A stretch of 63,479 nucleotides of DNA, counting the filler, from Stramenopiles sp. TOSAG23-2 (lineage: Eukaryota): NCBI GenBank assembly GCA_900128395.1. It is 15 parts of 15 records of this genome, joined end to end, with 100 filler letters (N's around TTAATTAATTAA, not from the genome) between each part and the next. Parts side by side here need not be neighbours in the genome. Positions count along the whole stretch, not along the records: positions 28,225 to 32,810 come from LT650857.1; positions 32,911 to 37,495 come from LT650858.1; positions 37,596 to 42,179 come from LT650859.1; positions 42,280 to 46,861 come from LT650860.1; 11 more parts are not named here. One strand, written 5' to 3'. Made by a program: the position numbers and the translations under genes. How positions within the stretch are numbered: the stretch's first letter is position 1; each line of letters starts with the position of its first letter. Of this stretch, positions 31,880 to 43,889 are shown in pieces. Under the pieces are notes generated by a model. The model worked only from the letters and a program-made list of their open reading frames with translations, was not told the DNA's origin and did no database searches.

Positions 31880-33710
31880 AAAACAACTCTAGGAATTGTC
31901 ATGGGTAAGAATAAAAAATTAAAATACGCGGTACATTTTATATTAATATTTACGAACGTAGAAGCAAAAAATCTCGAAATTTATCACTTGCCAACTTTAC
32001 CAACTCGTATCACATTAATTTTGTGCATTTGCAACAACAACCTATTGTCATATTCGTACGATATATATATACGCTCGTATAACACAATGGTTGCTACGAA
32101 CCCACCCCTGGGGGATTCAAAACCATCGTAATGTGTTTTGGAAAAAGTTTTGCCACTACTAGGCGACAACTTTTATGTCGACGTGGAAAACGTAGTAAAG
32201 CACGTAAAGATGAGATGCATCCGATGGATCTATTTTTACCACAATGCAAATTATTACGAAAAAGATTGCACTTGGTCAAAAACATGGACTTGGGAGGAGT
32301 GAGCCAAATCAATTTCCCTACTTACCTCCTCGAGAAGGTCGAGTGGAATTTAGTATTTTAAATCCAGGACAAATGTTAACTGATATTGTTGGACAACGTC
32401 AATATAAAAAATGCTGCACAGACTTTGTAAAACATTTGCATGTTTTTTCGTTTTCCTCGGCATTTTTTTCATTGTAGCATATTATTATCAACCATTGAAA
32501 GATTCACTTTGTTTTATTTTATATGGTAATATGACATGTCAATCTACGATATCAAGCTCGTTGAGTAATGTACGATTGTAGTGGTGTGTATGGTTTACTC
32601 TGAATTTTTATGATTTTGAATATTAGATAGGTAGATATATTTTTTTATATATTTGTTTACAATACCAGGTACATATCATTACGACTCGCATATTTTTCAT
32701 CAAATTTCATCAAAATCATCATTTTCAACCTTAATTCTTATAATTCATTGTTATGATGATGGATTTTTCATTTCATTACAAGAAAACAAAGGAAAAACAT
32801 TGAAAATACCNNNNNNNNNNNNNNNNNNNNNNNNNNNNNNNNNNNNNNNNNNNNTTAATTAATTAANNNNNNNNNNNNNNNNNNNNNNNNNNNNNNNNNN
32901 NNNNNNNNNNGTGATTCACGGCAAGAACCAAGAATTGGAATGCAGGAGATTTTCGCAACTTTTGTATTATAGCCAAAAACCATATATCAATATCTAATAA
33001 TTTATGTTATAAGCATCAAATTGCGAAAATGGACTGATAAAATTAATGACAGTAGCCAATGGTATGTACCTATTAAATAAATATAATATAGTAATACCAT
33101 TATAATGCTATGTAGTGTATATACCACTATAGCAGGTGAATACGATGGCCCAGGTTTTTGCACCCCTATAGGCTAGAGGACTTTTTGGGTGCCTATGAGC
33201 CTTGCCTGAGGTTTTACCATACTAATACCCTTAAGAATAGGACTTTGCTAGGTAAATATTTAGTACTTAAACAGGGTATTCTAAAAACGCATACGATAAT
33301 TTGAATCCAACATTGCTTCATAGGCATATATGCTAATATATTAATAGCCTAACAAGTGCAATTTCTGCATTTTTTTGGAAGCAGTTTGACAAGTCTATTG
33401 AAAAGAGTATATTACGACTCCAGCAACAGAAAAACAAGTCTATGTGTCAATTTTGCAAAAACACACACGTATCACTCTACGCCACTTTGTAAGATATGTA
33501 TGCTACACGCAACATAATGCTCGAAATTTTGGTGATGTGGGAAGGTTTATTGTATGAGAAAGCTGTTGAAGTATTGTGTTGAACAGAATAGAAACTCTTC
33601 ATAATATTCAACAAAAACATAATTCAATTTAAAAATACATTTATTTAAAAAGCTAAAAGGTTAAAGATTATGTTTCACTTGAAATTTTTATAAAAATATA
33701 CTCTTTTAGC

Positions 33711-36611
33711 TTACAATCGATTCGCACAGCTACCACTTGCAGATCCTGTTGATGCAAATAGCCTTCTTCTATGTTTATAATGGTGGGTATCTTTGATTGT
33801 ATAGTCGGAACCTATTAGTTCAACATCTCGCGAGAAATGCATGTTCTTAATATCGTTCATTGGTATCAATTTCTTCTCACAACCCGCATCTATGCACTTA
33901 TGGTAATCTCGTAAACCGTCACAACAATTTTCATTGTCAATATATGCTTTGACTTTCACATCGGCACCAATTAGATATTTTCTAACTTTACAATATGGCA
34001 ATTCACTTTGCAGGTATCCTTTGCTATCTTCCGTGTTTAAATGAACAACGGCAACCCATTCCTTTTCCTTCCCTAATGTATCCATTGCAACTTGCTGTAT
34101 AGAAATATCCTTTGCATCGAATAACTTTGATGGGCATGATGTATCTACTACGTCATACCGTATTCTTTTCTTCACACTTGTCATCTGTTTTTTATAGTGT
34201 TCAGATATTTCATGTTTCAAATAATATATTGCAATATTTTTAACATTTGTATTGGATAAATCATTTGTATTGGATACATCTAATCGATTGGAACCTCTAC
34301 AAAATAATTTCTTCTTTTTGTCTACTTCAGTAGGCCCAAAATGTGTTGTCGGAGAACATGTTTCCTTTTTCTTATCCGCAGTTTTCGATTTAGATTGCAT
34401 AGCTGTAGCAAGCCCTGGATTCAACAATCCTGAATTTGATGTACGTTTTCCTAAATGATAATTTTTCTTATTAGATAATTGACGTTTAAATAACAATTCT
34501 TCCATTGTTTCAACAAATGATGATGATGATTGTTGTGGTGATAAAATAGGTGCTGCGTATAAATCTTCAATTAAACTATAAAATTCTGTCATAGCATGGC
34601 GATATGGTATAAACAATTCACATAATTTCGTTTTTTCTTTTGCACCTGGTTCATCAATTATACGTGGACCACATAATGAAACTTCCTCGAAAAATGAATT
34701 GACCAGTTCAATTGCTTGTTTTTTTTTCCTTCTTGGAACTGATTTTCGAAGTGAATTTAACAACTTAATCATACCTTTATGTAAATATCCATTACGTTGA
34801 ATTGAATCTTTTACTTCTGCATATAAATTATGTTTACTATATGCACCACCAGATGATAATGCAAATGGTACAATTTGACCACGTTTCAATTGTCCAGATG
34901 GATCTTCACAAACTTTTAATTTTGTATCTCTACGTTCTTTACAACATATATTTGGCCAAAATGTCTTTGCTTCTTTATCAATATTTTGTATTTGAAATAA
35001 ATTATCTAAATCAGATGTAAAAGAACAAAATGATTTTAATAATTCATCACGATTTGTATCAATACATGTTGTATCTTCTGTTTTTTCAATTTCATTTGAT
35101 ATTTCAATTGCAGGGAAAATAATTGTACCTTTTCTACTTTCATCTTTGCATGATTTTTTTTCATTTCTATCATCTCGTTTTTTGCGTCTTTGCATTATTT
35201 TATCATGGCGTATACGTATATTTTCTTTTTGCCATAAACGCGAGCTTTTAAGGGATACATCATTTGTTCTTGTTTTTTGTTCATCAAGCCTTGTTTTGAT
35301 TTTCTGAAAAGAATTGTCTGTATTCGTTTCCAACCTTTTCAATTCTTTCTTTGACTTAGAAATGGCGACTTCAAGACCTGTTTTTGCAGTATCCACTTTT
35401 TTGTGGGCCAAGTCTAGACGTTTAACATTTTTATTTACTGTTTTTTCAATTTCCCCTGCTTTTTCATGAGTAACTTTGACATTTGCCTCTATTTGTTTTG
35501 CATTTCTTTCAGCTTTCTTTAACTCATCAGTATTAGCTGTAACTTTAGCTCCCACTTCTTTTATTTGTTTATCGACCTTTTTTGCTGCCTTGTTAGCCGC
35601 ATTCGCTAACTTTTGAGATTTTGTTGCTGTTTTCGTTGCTTTGTTTGCAGCAGATTTTGCTTTTTTTGCTGCCTTGTTAGCCGCATTCGCTGTGTTTTGA
35701 GATTTTTTTGCTGTTGACTGTGCAGATTTAGCGGTATTACTAGCCGCCTGCGCTGATGATTGTGCGGATTTGGCTAAGTTTTGAGATTTTGTTGCTGTTT
35801 TCGTTGCTGTGTTTGCAGCAGATTTTGCTTTTATTGCTGCCTTGTTAGCCGCATTCGCTGTGTTTTGAGCTTTTTTGACTTTGGTTTCTATTTGTCTTGT
35901 TTTTGCTTCGGCCTTTTTTAACTTAGCAGTATTGTCTTTAACCTTCGTCACCACTGACACTGCGTTTTTATCTGCATTTGCGGCTTTACTGGTTGCACTT
36001 GATGCTTTACTATCGGCAACTTTCACTTTGATTTCTATTTGTTGTGTTTTTTTTTCGGCAACTTTCAACTGATTAGTATTAGCGTCTATAAATTTTCTTA
36101 TGCCAGCAATCAATTTTGTCGGATTTATGCATCCTGTTTGTTTTGCATTCGCAACTTCACCCGCCCTGCATGGTAAACAGAGACTATTCCCACCTGGACT
36201 GTATGAAGTTCTTGGGCACTTAACACAAAACTTTTTTCTTTTCCAACCTATGCCGTAGTTTTTACATAAACACTTTCGACCTTTGTTGCATTTTCCTTGT
36301 TTTTCTGTTTTTTTTTTAAATCTTACCGCATTCCACCATACTGATTTAGTGTAATCCATATAAGAACATCCAGGTATATTAGTCTCATCGATCTCAATAC
36401 TGTTTTGAAACCTTAAGCCATGTATCTCAGCTGCAACTATACACTCTTTTTTTGTTGTTATTCTATTTATACCAGTACATTGTATATCTCTTCCCTTTAA
36501 AACGGTCTTGTAACCATAACCAGCTTGACAAGTAAAACCCATAACGCTTATGCCAGATAATAGTATCAAACATATTATTAAAACACTAACTTGCTTCATT
36601 ATTATCCACAC
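33711..36611 (-). CDS. Secreted Cys-rich protein with a long Ala/Lys-rich coiled-coil stalk and a Cys-rich C-terminal domain
   Basis: Signal peptide MKQVSVLIICLILLSGISVMG; Cys modules incl. ephrin-receptor-like CVKCPRTSYSPGGNSLCLPCRAG; heptad ANAANKAAKKAKSAAN repeats with DNA duplication at ~35580-35880. Confidence 0.7.
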   Translation of the reverse strand: MWIIMKQVSVLIICLILLSGISVMGFTCQAGYGYKTVLKGRDIQCTGINRITTKKECIVAAEIHGLRFQNSIEIDETNIPGCSYMDYTKSVWWNAVRFKKKTEKQGKCNKGRKCLCKNYGIGWKRKKFCVKCPRTSYSPGGNSLCLPCRAGEVANAKQTGCINPTKLIAGIRKFIDANTNQLKVAEKKTQQIEIKVKVADSKASSATSKAANADKNAVSVVTKVKDNTAKLKKAEAKTRQIETKVKKAQNTANAANKAAIKAKSAANTATKTATKSQNLAKSAQSSAQAASNTAKSAQSTAKKSQNTANAANKAAKKAKSAANKATKTATKSQKLANAANKAAKKVDKQIKEVGAKVTANTDELKKAERNAKQIEANVKVTHEKAGEIEKTVNKNVKRLDLAHKKVDTAKTGLEVAISKSKKELKRLETNTDNSFQKIKTRLDEQKTRTNDVSLKSSRLWQKENIRIRHDKIMQRRKKRDDRNEKKSCKDESRKGTIIFPAIEISNEIEKTEDTTCIDTNRDELLKSFCSFTSDLDNLFQIQNIDKEAKTFWPNICCKERRDTKLKVCEDPSGQLKRGQIVPFALSSGGAYSKHNLYAEVKDSIQRNGYLHKGMIKLLNSLRKSVPRRKKKQAIELVNSFFEEVSLCGPRIIDEPGAKEKTKLCELFIPYRHAMTEFYSLIEDLYAAPILSPQQSSSSFVETMEELLFKRQLSNKKNYHLGKRTSNSGLLNPGLATAMQSKSKTADKKKETCSPTTHFGPTEVDKKKKLFCRGSNRLDVSNTNDLSNTNVKNIAIYYLKHEISEHYKKQMTSVKKRIRYDVVDTSCPSKLFDAKDISIQQVAMDTLGKEKEWVAVVHLNTEDSKGYLQSELPYCKVRKYLIGADVKVKAYIDNENCCDGLRDYHKCIDAGCEKKLIPMNDIKNMHFSRDVELIGSDYTIKDTHHYKHRRRLFASTGSASGSCANRL

Positions 36612-37595
36612 ACAATAAATCTAATACAAACAAACGCCCGAAACCTATTTTATGTTTATTCGTTTCAAACTACTAACTATAGCTACAACGAATGCAATTA
36701 CGCTATCTGTCTCCAAGAAACAGTAAAAAAAAATGTCAACAAAATAATGTCAAGAATTACAAACAATTACAGTAGAACCGTACCTCCGTCTTCTATGTTT
36801 TACGATAATAATCGTGCGTGCGTTTGCTTAATTGTACGTGTGAGTGTGTTTACTTCTATGTTTATGTTTTGTTGTTTCTTAATTTGTGTATTATTATCCG
36901 TGTTTTGTTGTTTCTTAATTTGTGTATTATTATCCGTGTTTTGTGTGTATGTGTTAGTACGTGTGTACCTAATATCTTCATCGTCCTGTCCAGTCTGCTC
37001 CTGGAAAATCCCAAAATCCCCCTCTTTTTCCTTTAGAAATCACTTCGTATGTCGTTGTAAAGACAACTTACGTATATTGTTAGCTTTCCTATTTGCGTTG
37101 TCTTTTTTTTTCGCAGAGGGTCTAACTGGTTGTATTAATTGTGGATTTTGCCAGCCTTCGATTTCTTCAGCATTAGAAGTCATATTTCTATACTCAAGAC
37201 TTTAGTTGTTAAGTGTGTGGCAATTATGTTAATATTATTTTACTAATCTTTCACGTTATAGCTAAATCTACGAAGTGGGGGTATAATTAGTATTTTTGAA
37301 ACAGTTTTGTCATTGCGTTCAAGTCTTTTCTTTATTGTGTAAGAATATTTAGTTCCTCATATATAATTATTGGAAGATCAATGTAATAAAGAGCACAAGC
37401 CTGGCTATGGCAAGAACGAAAAGTAACAGCCTTTTTTTTCTTGCATTCTAGCATTGCTGGGCATTCCAGGCATTAGCTATAGAGCTAGAGACATGNNNNN
37501 NNNNNNNNNNNNNNNNNNNNNNNNNNNNNNNNNNNNNNNTTAATTAATTAANNNNNNNNNNNNNNNNNNNNNNNNNNNNNNNNNNNNNNNNNNNN

Positions 37596-38792
37596 TTATG
37601 TACTTTCATATAATTTCCGTAATTGTGCAATACCAACACTTTCTTTTGTTATTGGACAAACACCATAGTTTTCAATTTGTTCATGTATACATGGATAACA
37701 AAATACAAAACCACCAGGTGTTGCCGTTGGATTCGTACGTACTTTACCACATAATGAACATAATGTTGGATCTTGGATCATGTCACTTAAATGAAAATCA
37801 TCTGGATCCTCTAATGATTTAATACGTGGTGGTGGTGGAGCAGATTTAATTTTTAAACTAACTTTCTCCCGTTGATTTTGTACATGATCACTATACCACC
37901 ATTCCAATCCTTTTAATCCAATCACAGCAAATAATAATAAATACCGTGGTGTTTCTCTATTTATAAATTGTTTTACAAATGATTCTCTCCATGTTTTTGG
38001 TTCAGGTTCTTTTGTTTCCATATCAATAAAATCTGTTATTTTCGTATAATCATCTTCTGATTTAATAAATGCACCGACAAAATTTGGTATATCTTGTCTA
38101 CGTGTCATTGTTACCCCTAATAAATACATTAATGGTGTATAATATTTAGTCACACCAAATAAATACAATACTTGTATTATAAATTGCAACATTTCATTCG
38201 ATGCGGATATATATGGATATATAGTGAAAAATATACGGCTTAATATTTGTGAAAAACGACGAATGTAACTACGTGGACATCGTAATGAAAGTTCATTATA
38301 TATTTTTACATTTGGTTCTGGTCCAGCACCACTAATTTTACGATCAAATGCTTTTTCCAATAATGAATCATAATATGCATCTAATTTTACTTTGATGTAT
38401 GGTAATATAATTTCATCAATAAATACACCTTGTAATTGTAATTTTACTAATGGTGGTTCCGGTCCTATATAAAGATCATCACGTAAATGTTCACCAACCC
38501 ATTCAGGTGGTCTTTCCGAACATCGTTTTAAACCATAAAAATCTTCAAACCATGTTGCTTCCTCATACATAATATAATATCCATCAATTAATGTTCGTAA
38601 CAATACAAATACTTCTTCACTGAAACTTAACATGTACATACCAAGACTACCGACGTTAGTCGTACGCCTTGCTATCGTTGACAATAAATGTAAAAACGCT
38701 GGACGTGCCGTACGTGTCAATGAATCACATAGTACCATTTCAAAAAATGTTGGTGTTAATGGATCCAATCCAACTACTGATAATCCAGCCAT
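37596..38792 (-). CDS. PEX12: Peroxisome biogenesis RING protein Pex12
   Basis: PTFFEM N-terminus, EDFYGLKR, LPYIKVKLD, KGLEWWY, PPPP, atypical RING CSLC...NPTATPGGFVFCYPCI...CPIT. Confidence 0.92.
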   Translation of the reverse strand: MAGLSVVGLDPLTPTFFEMVLCDSLTRTARPAFLHLLSTIARRTTNVGSLGMYMLSFSEEVFVLLRTLIDGYYIMYEEATWFEDFYGLKRCSERPPEWVGEHLRDDLYIGPEPPLVKLQLQGVFIDEIILPYIKVKLDAYYDSLLEKAFDRKISGAGPEPNVKIYNELSLRCPRSYIRRFSQILSRIFFTIYPYISASNEMLQFIIQVLYLFGVTKYYTPLMYLLGVTMTRRQDIPNFVGAFIKSEDDYTKITDFIDMETKEPEPKTWRESFVKQFINRETPRYLLLFAVIGLKGLEWWYSDHVQNQREKVSLKIKSAPPPPRIKSLEDPDDFHLSDMIQDPTLCSLCGKVRTNPTATPGGFVFCYPCIHEQIENYGVCPITKESVGIAQLRKLYEST

Positions 38793-40634
38793 TATTTTAT
38801 GTTAAAATTAAAAACTGGTTCTAATTATTAATTATATGAATTAATATTTTTGTTGTTGCTGTTGTTGATCTTGATTTCTGGTAGGTATGTGTGAATAGAT
38901 TGTGATCATTTTCATGAGGTAATAGTGAATAATAATATTAGTAATAGTAGTAGTAATAATAATACAATTAACGTTGACAGACTGCATGGATCACTCTCTC
39001 TCCACACACTGGATCTCTGAACTTATATATTTTTAATTTTAATATGAAAAATAATTAAAAATTGTGTAACTTAATGTATATACTACCAAGTACAAATACC
39101 TATAATAGTTTCACACACCTTCTGCGAAAAACTGTGAAATTTAGATATGGTATGGTTGGACTTTCCACGTTCCCGGTGCTGTGTGGTGGTATTTGGAAAC
39201 CCGCATTGGGAACAGAAAGAATGGAGTAGGAAAAATCTAACGATTGGAGGAAATGGAAATATCATCCTTAAAAATAAATATACATGGGAATACGATTATA
39301 AAAGAATATATATACCTTAATTATTAATTCTGTGAGATTGCCACATCATATGGATCGAAGATCCGTCCCTTCTCAAAATCGATTGTTATTCCTCCTCCTT
39401 TCTTTATAGATAATTAATCCCTATTATCATTGGATAACTGGTTTTGGTCCATTTACTGAATGTAACCCATTCAGATTTATACCCATTATGTATTGCTAAT
39501 CTATCGTCCCAAGATCTTCCACCTGTTGCTCATTTGCTGTCATAAATGTGGATCTTGCATGGGTCTCGATTCGTTTGTCTTTTTCCTCAATTTCATTCAG
39601 TAATTTCGACCAGCCTTTAAACTAGCCCCACATGGCTTTCCATTCTTAAAAACCTCCAAATATGCGCACCAGCAAATCACAGTAATCTCTGCATGGTCAG
39701 CTATATGCGCCCTCTCACCTGATATTTCAGCACGGGTCCTGGGGATTCGATTCCAAGTACTAGGAACGCTCTCGAAGGAGCTACAGATGGAAGATCCCGC
39801 ATTACAGACTACATACATGGGTGAAAACAGTCAATGAAAATAACCAGCCATGTATCATGAGATTCCATTTGCTTAAAGGGCCAGGAATACGTCGACGCGT
39901 TACAGAAAATCATGACTGACAAATTTAGTCCAGACGAATTTGAATATGCATTTAGCAGAGTTAAGCTAGGTACATCAGCTGTATTTTTCATAATTATATT
40001 TCAAAATTTCGTAAAGTATCCAATATGTTCCCTTAAACATATTTTAAATGCTATTCCATACTATATTTTATCACCAAAAATAGTTATTACAATGCTATTC
40101 ATATATTAATAACTGGTCATACTATATAAATTTAAGTATATAAAAGTGGTATACTCTCATTCGAATAAAAATCATCCGAAGTAGAAATGCTGAATATTTG
40201 ACGTCAGCAAATTGTGTTAAAATCGTCATCCTTTGCTGCGTGCCTATAATATAGCATATAAGAAATTCAATTCCTCAGGGTTCGACGACCGACAAATAGC
40301 ATTGGCATACCATTAAAAAAGCATTTTCCAAGGAGGTGTGGTTTTGGACGACTGTGAGAGTGTTGTTTCAGCCCCTTTAACTGCAAATGTAAATAGATGA
40401 AGTAGATAATTAAGGTAGTTAAATAACAATATATGATAATTTAAGTAAACTACAATCAAGATTGTGAAGTTATTAAATAATTATCCTTAATTAGAAATAT
40501 ATATATTTTAAAGGCATGCGTACATGCGTACCTCTTCCCTTTCCCATCATCAATACATGTATACATATATGTGATCGTCGTCAAATAATTGTAATACTTA
40601 CCATACTATAAAACCGACGAAGAAAACAATCATA

Positions 40635-42179
40635 ATGGCACCACCTGCTTTAGTAATCGATTCTACTAATAATATACAACAAGGTGTTAACCAAGTAGAA
40701 ACCAAACAACAACAAAGCTCAGATAAAAGTATCATTAAAGAATTTATACGTTCTACCTTGCCAAATGCAAAAGCAGATAGGAATGATATTAAATATGCAC
40801 CATACTCTGGCAACTATGCATTAAAAGGACGTGATGCTCCTGTTTATTTAATAGTAGATGATGTGAAATATGACTGTTCCCAATGGTTAAATAGACATCC
40901 AGGTGGTGATATTATCTTACAATACAATGGATTAGACGCGACGGATGTATTCAAAGCCATGCATGGTAAAAAAGCATTTAAAATATTAAAAGCATTGCCA
41001 CATGAAAAAGTGTCACCACGATCAACTATGCGAAAAGAATCAAAAGTGGATGATTCAACTACTAAACGAATTCAAGCTTTTCGTGAATTACGACAAAAAT
41101 TCGTTGACGATGGTCTATTTGAAACAAGTGTACCGTGGTACATCTATAAAACCGTCACTTGCGTCGGTTTAGTAGTATTTGCATCATGGATGGTATTTAA
41201 TTTATCACCAACGAGTTTTTTCTCGTATCCATTGATACCATTAATTCTATCTGCATTTATATTAGGTTTAGGATGGCAACAATTAGGTTGGGTTGCACAT
41301 GAATATTTGCATCATCAAGTTGTGGAAGATCGGGAATTGAATACAACGATTGGGCAATTTCTAGGTAACGTATGTTCTGGATTTTCAATCGTATGGTGGA
41401 AAATTAGGCATAATGAACATCATGCAGCGACAAATGTGATTGAACATGATCCAGATATCGATAATTTACCATTACTTGCATGGTCGCAATATGATATTGA
41501 TCAAGTAGTTGAACGGTTTGGGGAAAAAAATAAACAATTAGTATATAATATTTTGCAATACCAAAAATATTATTTTTTCCCATTAATGTGCTTTTTACGT
41601 GTGATATGGTTGATACAAAGTGCACTTTTAGTGAAAGATTTGCATTTATCCACGAATAAATCCTTTCGCAAACGACAAAAAAGTGAAATTATTACAATGG
41701 CAACACATTATACATGGTTATCCTTTGTCATGTTACGTGTCTTTCAATTAGGTCAAGAAACATATGATGGTAGCATTTATGGTGGGTTAATGTATTTCGG
41801 TATATTTTTATTAATTTCACAATGTTTTGCAGGGATTTCCTTAGCATTGGTAGTATTCATGAACCATTATCCAATTGAAAAACATGGAGCGGAGACACTG
41901 AAAGATGGCGATTGGGCAGCATTGCAATGTGTAGGTACATTGAATGTAACAAAAACAAATTGGCCACGATTAGCAGATTGGTTCTTTGGTGGATTGAATT
42001 TTCAAATTGAACATCATTTATTCCCAACCATGCCAAGACATAATTTACGAACGGCATCTAGAAATGTCATGGAATTTTGTTTAAAACATAATGTCCCATA
42101 CAAATCAGTATCCCCAACAGGTGGTGTGAAAATGATTTTCACATGGTTGGAAAAGATTTCAAATTTATGCGTCATGGAT
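40635..42179 (+). CDS. Front-end fatty-acid desaturase (cytochrome b5 fusion; delta-6/delta-8-like), 3' end at contig break
   Basis: HPGG heme motif; His boxes HEYLHH, HNEHH and QIEHHLFP. Confidence 0.92.
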
Positions 42180-42279
42180 NNNNNNNNNNNNNNNNNNNNN
42201 NNNNNNNNNNNNNNNNNNNNNNNTTAATTAATTAANNNNNNNNNNNNNNNNNNNNNNNNNNNNNNNNNNNNNNNNNNNN

Positions 42280-42552
42280 ATAATCAATACTCAATGCTTC
42301 ATCACGTACACGTTCAAAATCATCACATCCAAATCGTTTTCTACATTGTTGTATCAAAGAAGATCGTTTCACATTACATAATGATCGAATATCTAAATAT
42401 AGAAGTATTTTTGTCATTATGCCGCACGCAGACTCAAAACCAGCTGGTAAAACTAATATACCAATTTCAATAGGTTCTGCACGTTCTTCTTCTAACGCTT
42501 CAATCGTTGATTGCTTTAATCTCTTCGTTGGTCTCATAGTTAATGTCGCCAT
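42280..42552 (-). CDS. 3'-partial protein with an F-box-like N-terminal segment
   Basis: ILVLP...IMTKILLYLDIRSLCNVKRSS resembles the F-box pattern; truncated by the contig end. Confidence 0.45.
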
Positions 42553-43022
42553 GGTATATGTATTCTCTTTATATATCTTCGCTATCGTTTCTATTTTATA
42601 TTTATTTATTTATTCAATTCTTAGTTCATCAAAGAAGGGAAAATTGAATGGAAAAAAATTGATGAAAAAGACAATAAAACACAATATAATGCAAGAGGAA
42701 GAGGTTGAGAGAAAAATAATTTTTCTTGTGTTTGTGTTTATATATTCAATGTAAATATGTGTGTATGTCTGTACATTCTAAAAAATCTGAAATATAATAC
42801 GTGTTTTGTCAGAAAACTCTTTTCTCCCTATACAGTATAAAACTGTAATATCGTCTTCTTGCCTCTTTTGTAAGTGTATCAAACATTTTGAGATGTATTT
42901 ACATACTCGAGTATACGTCCATGATCAATATGGTGCAACGACAAGTATTACTATTTGTCAATGATTAATATATATATATATGTATATATATACGCACACA
43001 AACTGTATATACATACATCGTT

Positions 43023-43889
43023 TTACCCCATATCGTATTTAATACCCATCATTTCTGCAAACATTGGTATCAACAATGTTGATAAGGACATCCCTGCACC
43101 TAAATATCCTGTTTTAAAAGCCCACCCAGTATATAAACCTTTCAATCCATTTGCTGCAACAATTTCTCTTGCTACTGTGATATGTTCGATCACTCCAGCT
43201 GGAGAGATACCATATGTTTTTCGAGCTGGATCAGAAAATGCTTTCTTTTGCACTACAGAACGTACTACATCTGATGGGATATTACCGCCAATAGCACCTA
43301 AACAACCAGCTAAAAATCCACCACCAAGTTTAGCAACGGTTGGATTAAAACCATTGTCTCGAAATTTTTTTCGAAAGGTACCGACTGTACCAAAAAAAAT
43401 ACCAGTAAAAATGGATTGACGGCATTGCATTCCAAACCATCCGCAATAAAGCCCAGATATACCACGAGTTTTGTACATATCTTTCATAAATGCCATCATG
43501 TTGTTGTTGTATTTATTTGTTGTATCTACTTGCAAGCCTAGCTTCGCAACTTCAAATGGGGATATTGCTAAAATTTCTGGAAACGTTGCAAGTGCACCAG
43601 ATGCCATTTTTTGAGGTATGGTACAATCTTTCGGTGCTTTTCCCCATAACTGATTTGACATGACAGGGTTGAAAAAAAATTTAGAAACACGCATGACTGT
43701 AGCACGTGTAACTTCCGGTGCCATGCCTTGTCCAAAAAATCCCTTGATGCCGTATTTCGCATAAAATTGTTGTGGCGTCACACCTTGACCACCTGCACTT
43801 GACATTTTCAATGCACGTAATACATCTATTGGATAAAATACAACTGCTACAATTAAAGAAGAAGGAACAATTGGCATTAATGTTTCCAT
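43023..43889 (-). CDS. Mitochondrial carrier (SLC25), substrate unclear
   Basis: Three Px[D/E]xx[K/R] motifs (PIDVLR, PFEVAK, PSDVVR) and G[L/F][Y/F]xG motifs. Confidence 0.9.
   Translation of the reverse strand: METLMPIVPSSLIVAVVFYPIDVLRALKMSSAGGQGVTPQQFYAKYGIKGFFGQGMAPEVTRATVMRVSKFFFNPVMSNQLWGKAPKDCTIPQKMASGALATFPEILAISPFEVAKLGLQVDTTNKYNNNMMAFMKDMYKTRGISGLYCGWFGMQCRQSIFTGIFFGTVGTFRKKFRDNGFNPTVAKLGGGFLAGCLGAIGGNIPSDVVRSVVQKKAFSDPARKTYGISPAGVIEHITVAREIVAANGLKGLYTGWAFKTGYLGAGMSLSTLLIPMFAEMMGIKYDMG

Noticed and set aside
32085-32480. Overlapping short ORFs after the VSD-anoctamin
   Set aside because: No recognisable family; possibly a relic, insufficient evidence.
36591-37205. 204-aa plus-strand ORF containing a short tandem duplication (~36865-36945)
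   Set aside because: Low-complexity TG-rich translation overlapping the upstream region of the secreted protein; likely spurious.
39325-39990. Alternative genetic code (TAA/TAG read as Gln) suggested by in-frame stops in decayed ORFs
   Set aside because: Conserved genes are uninterrupted and end in TAA/TAG at the expected positions; the decayed regions also contain frameshifts.
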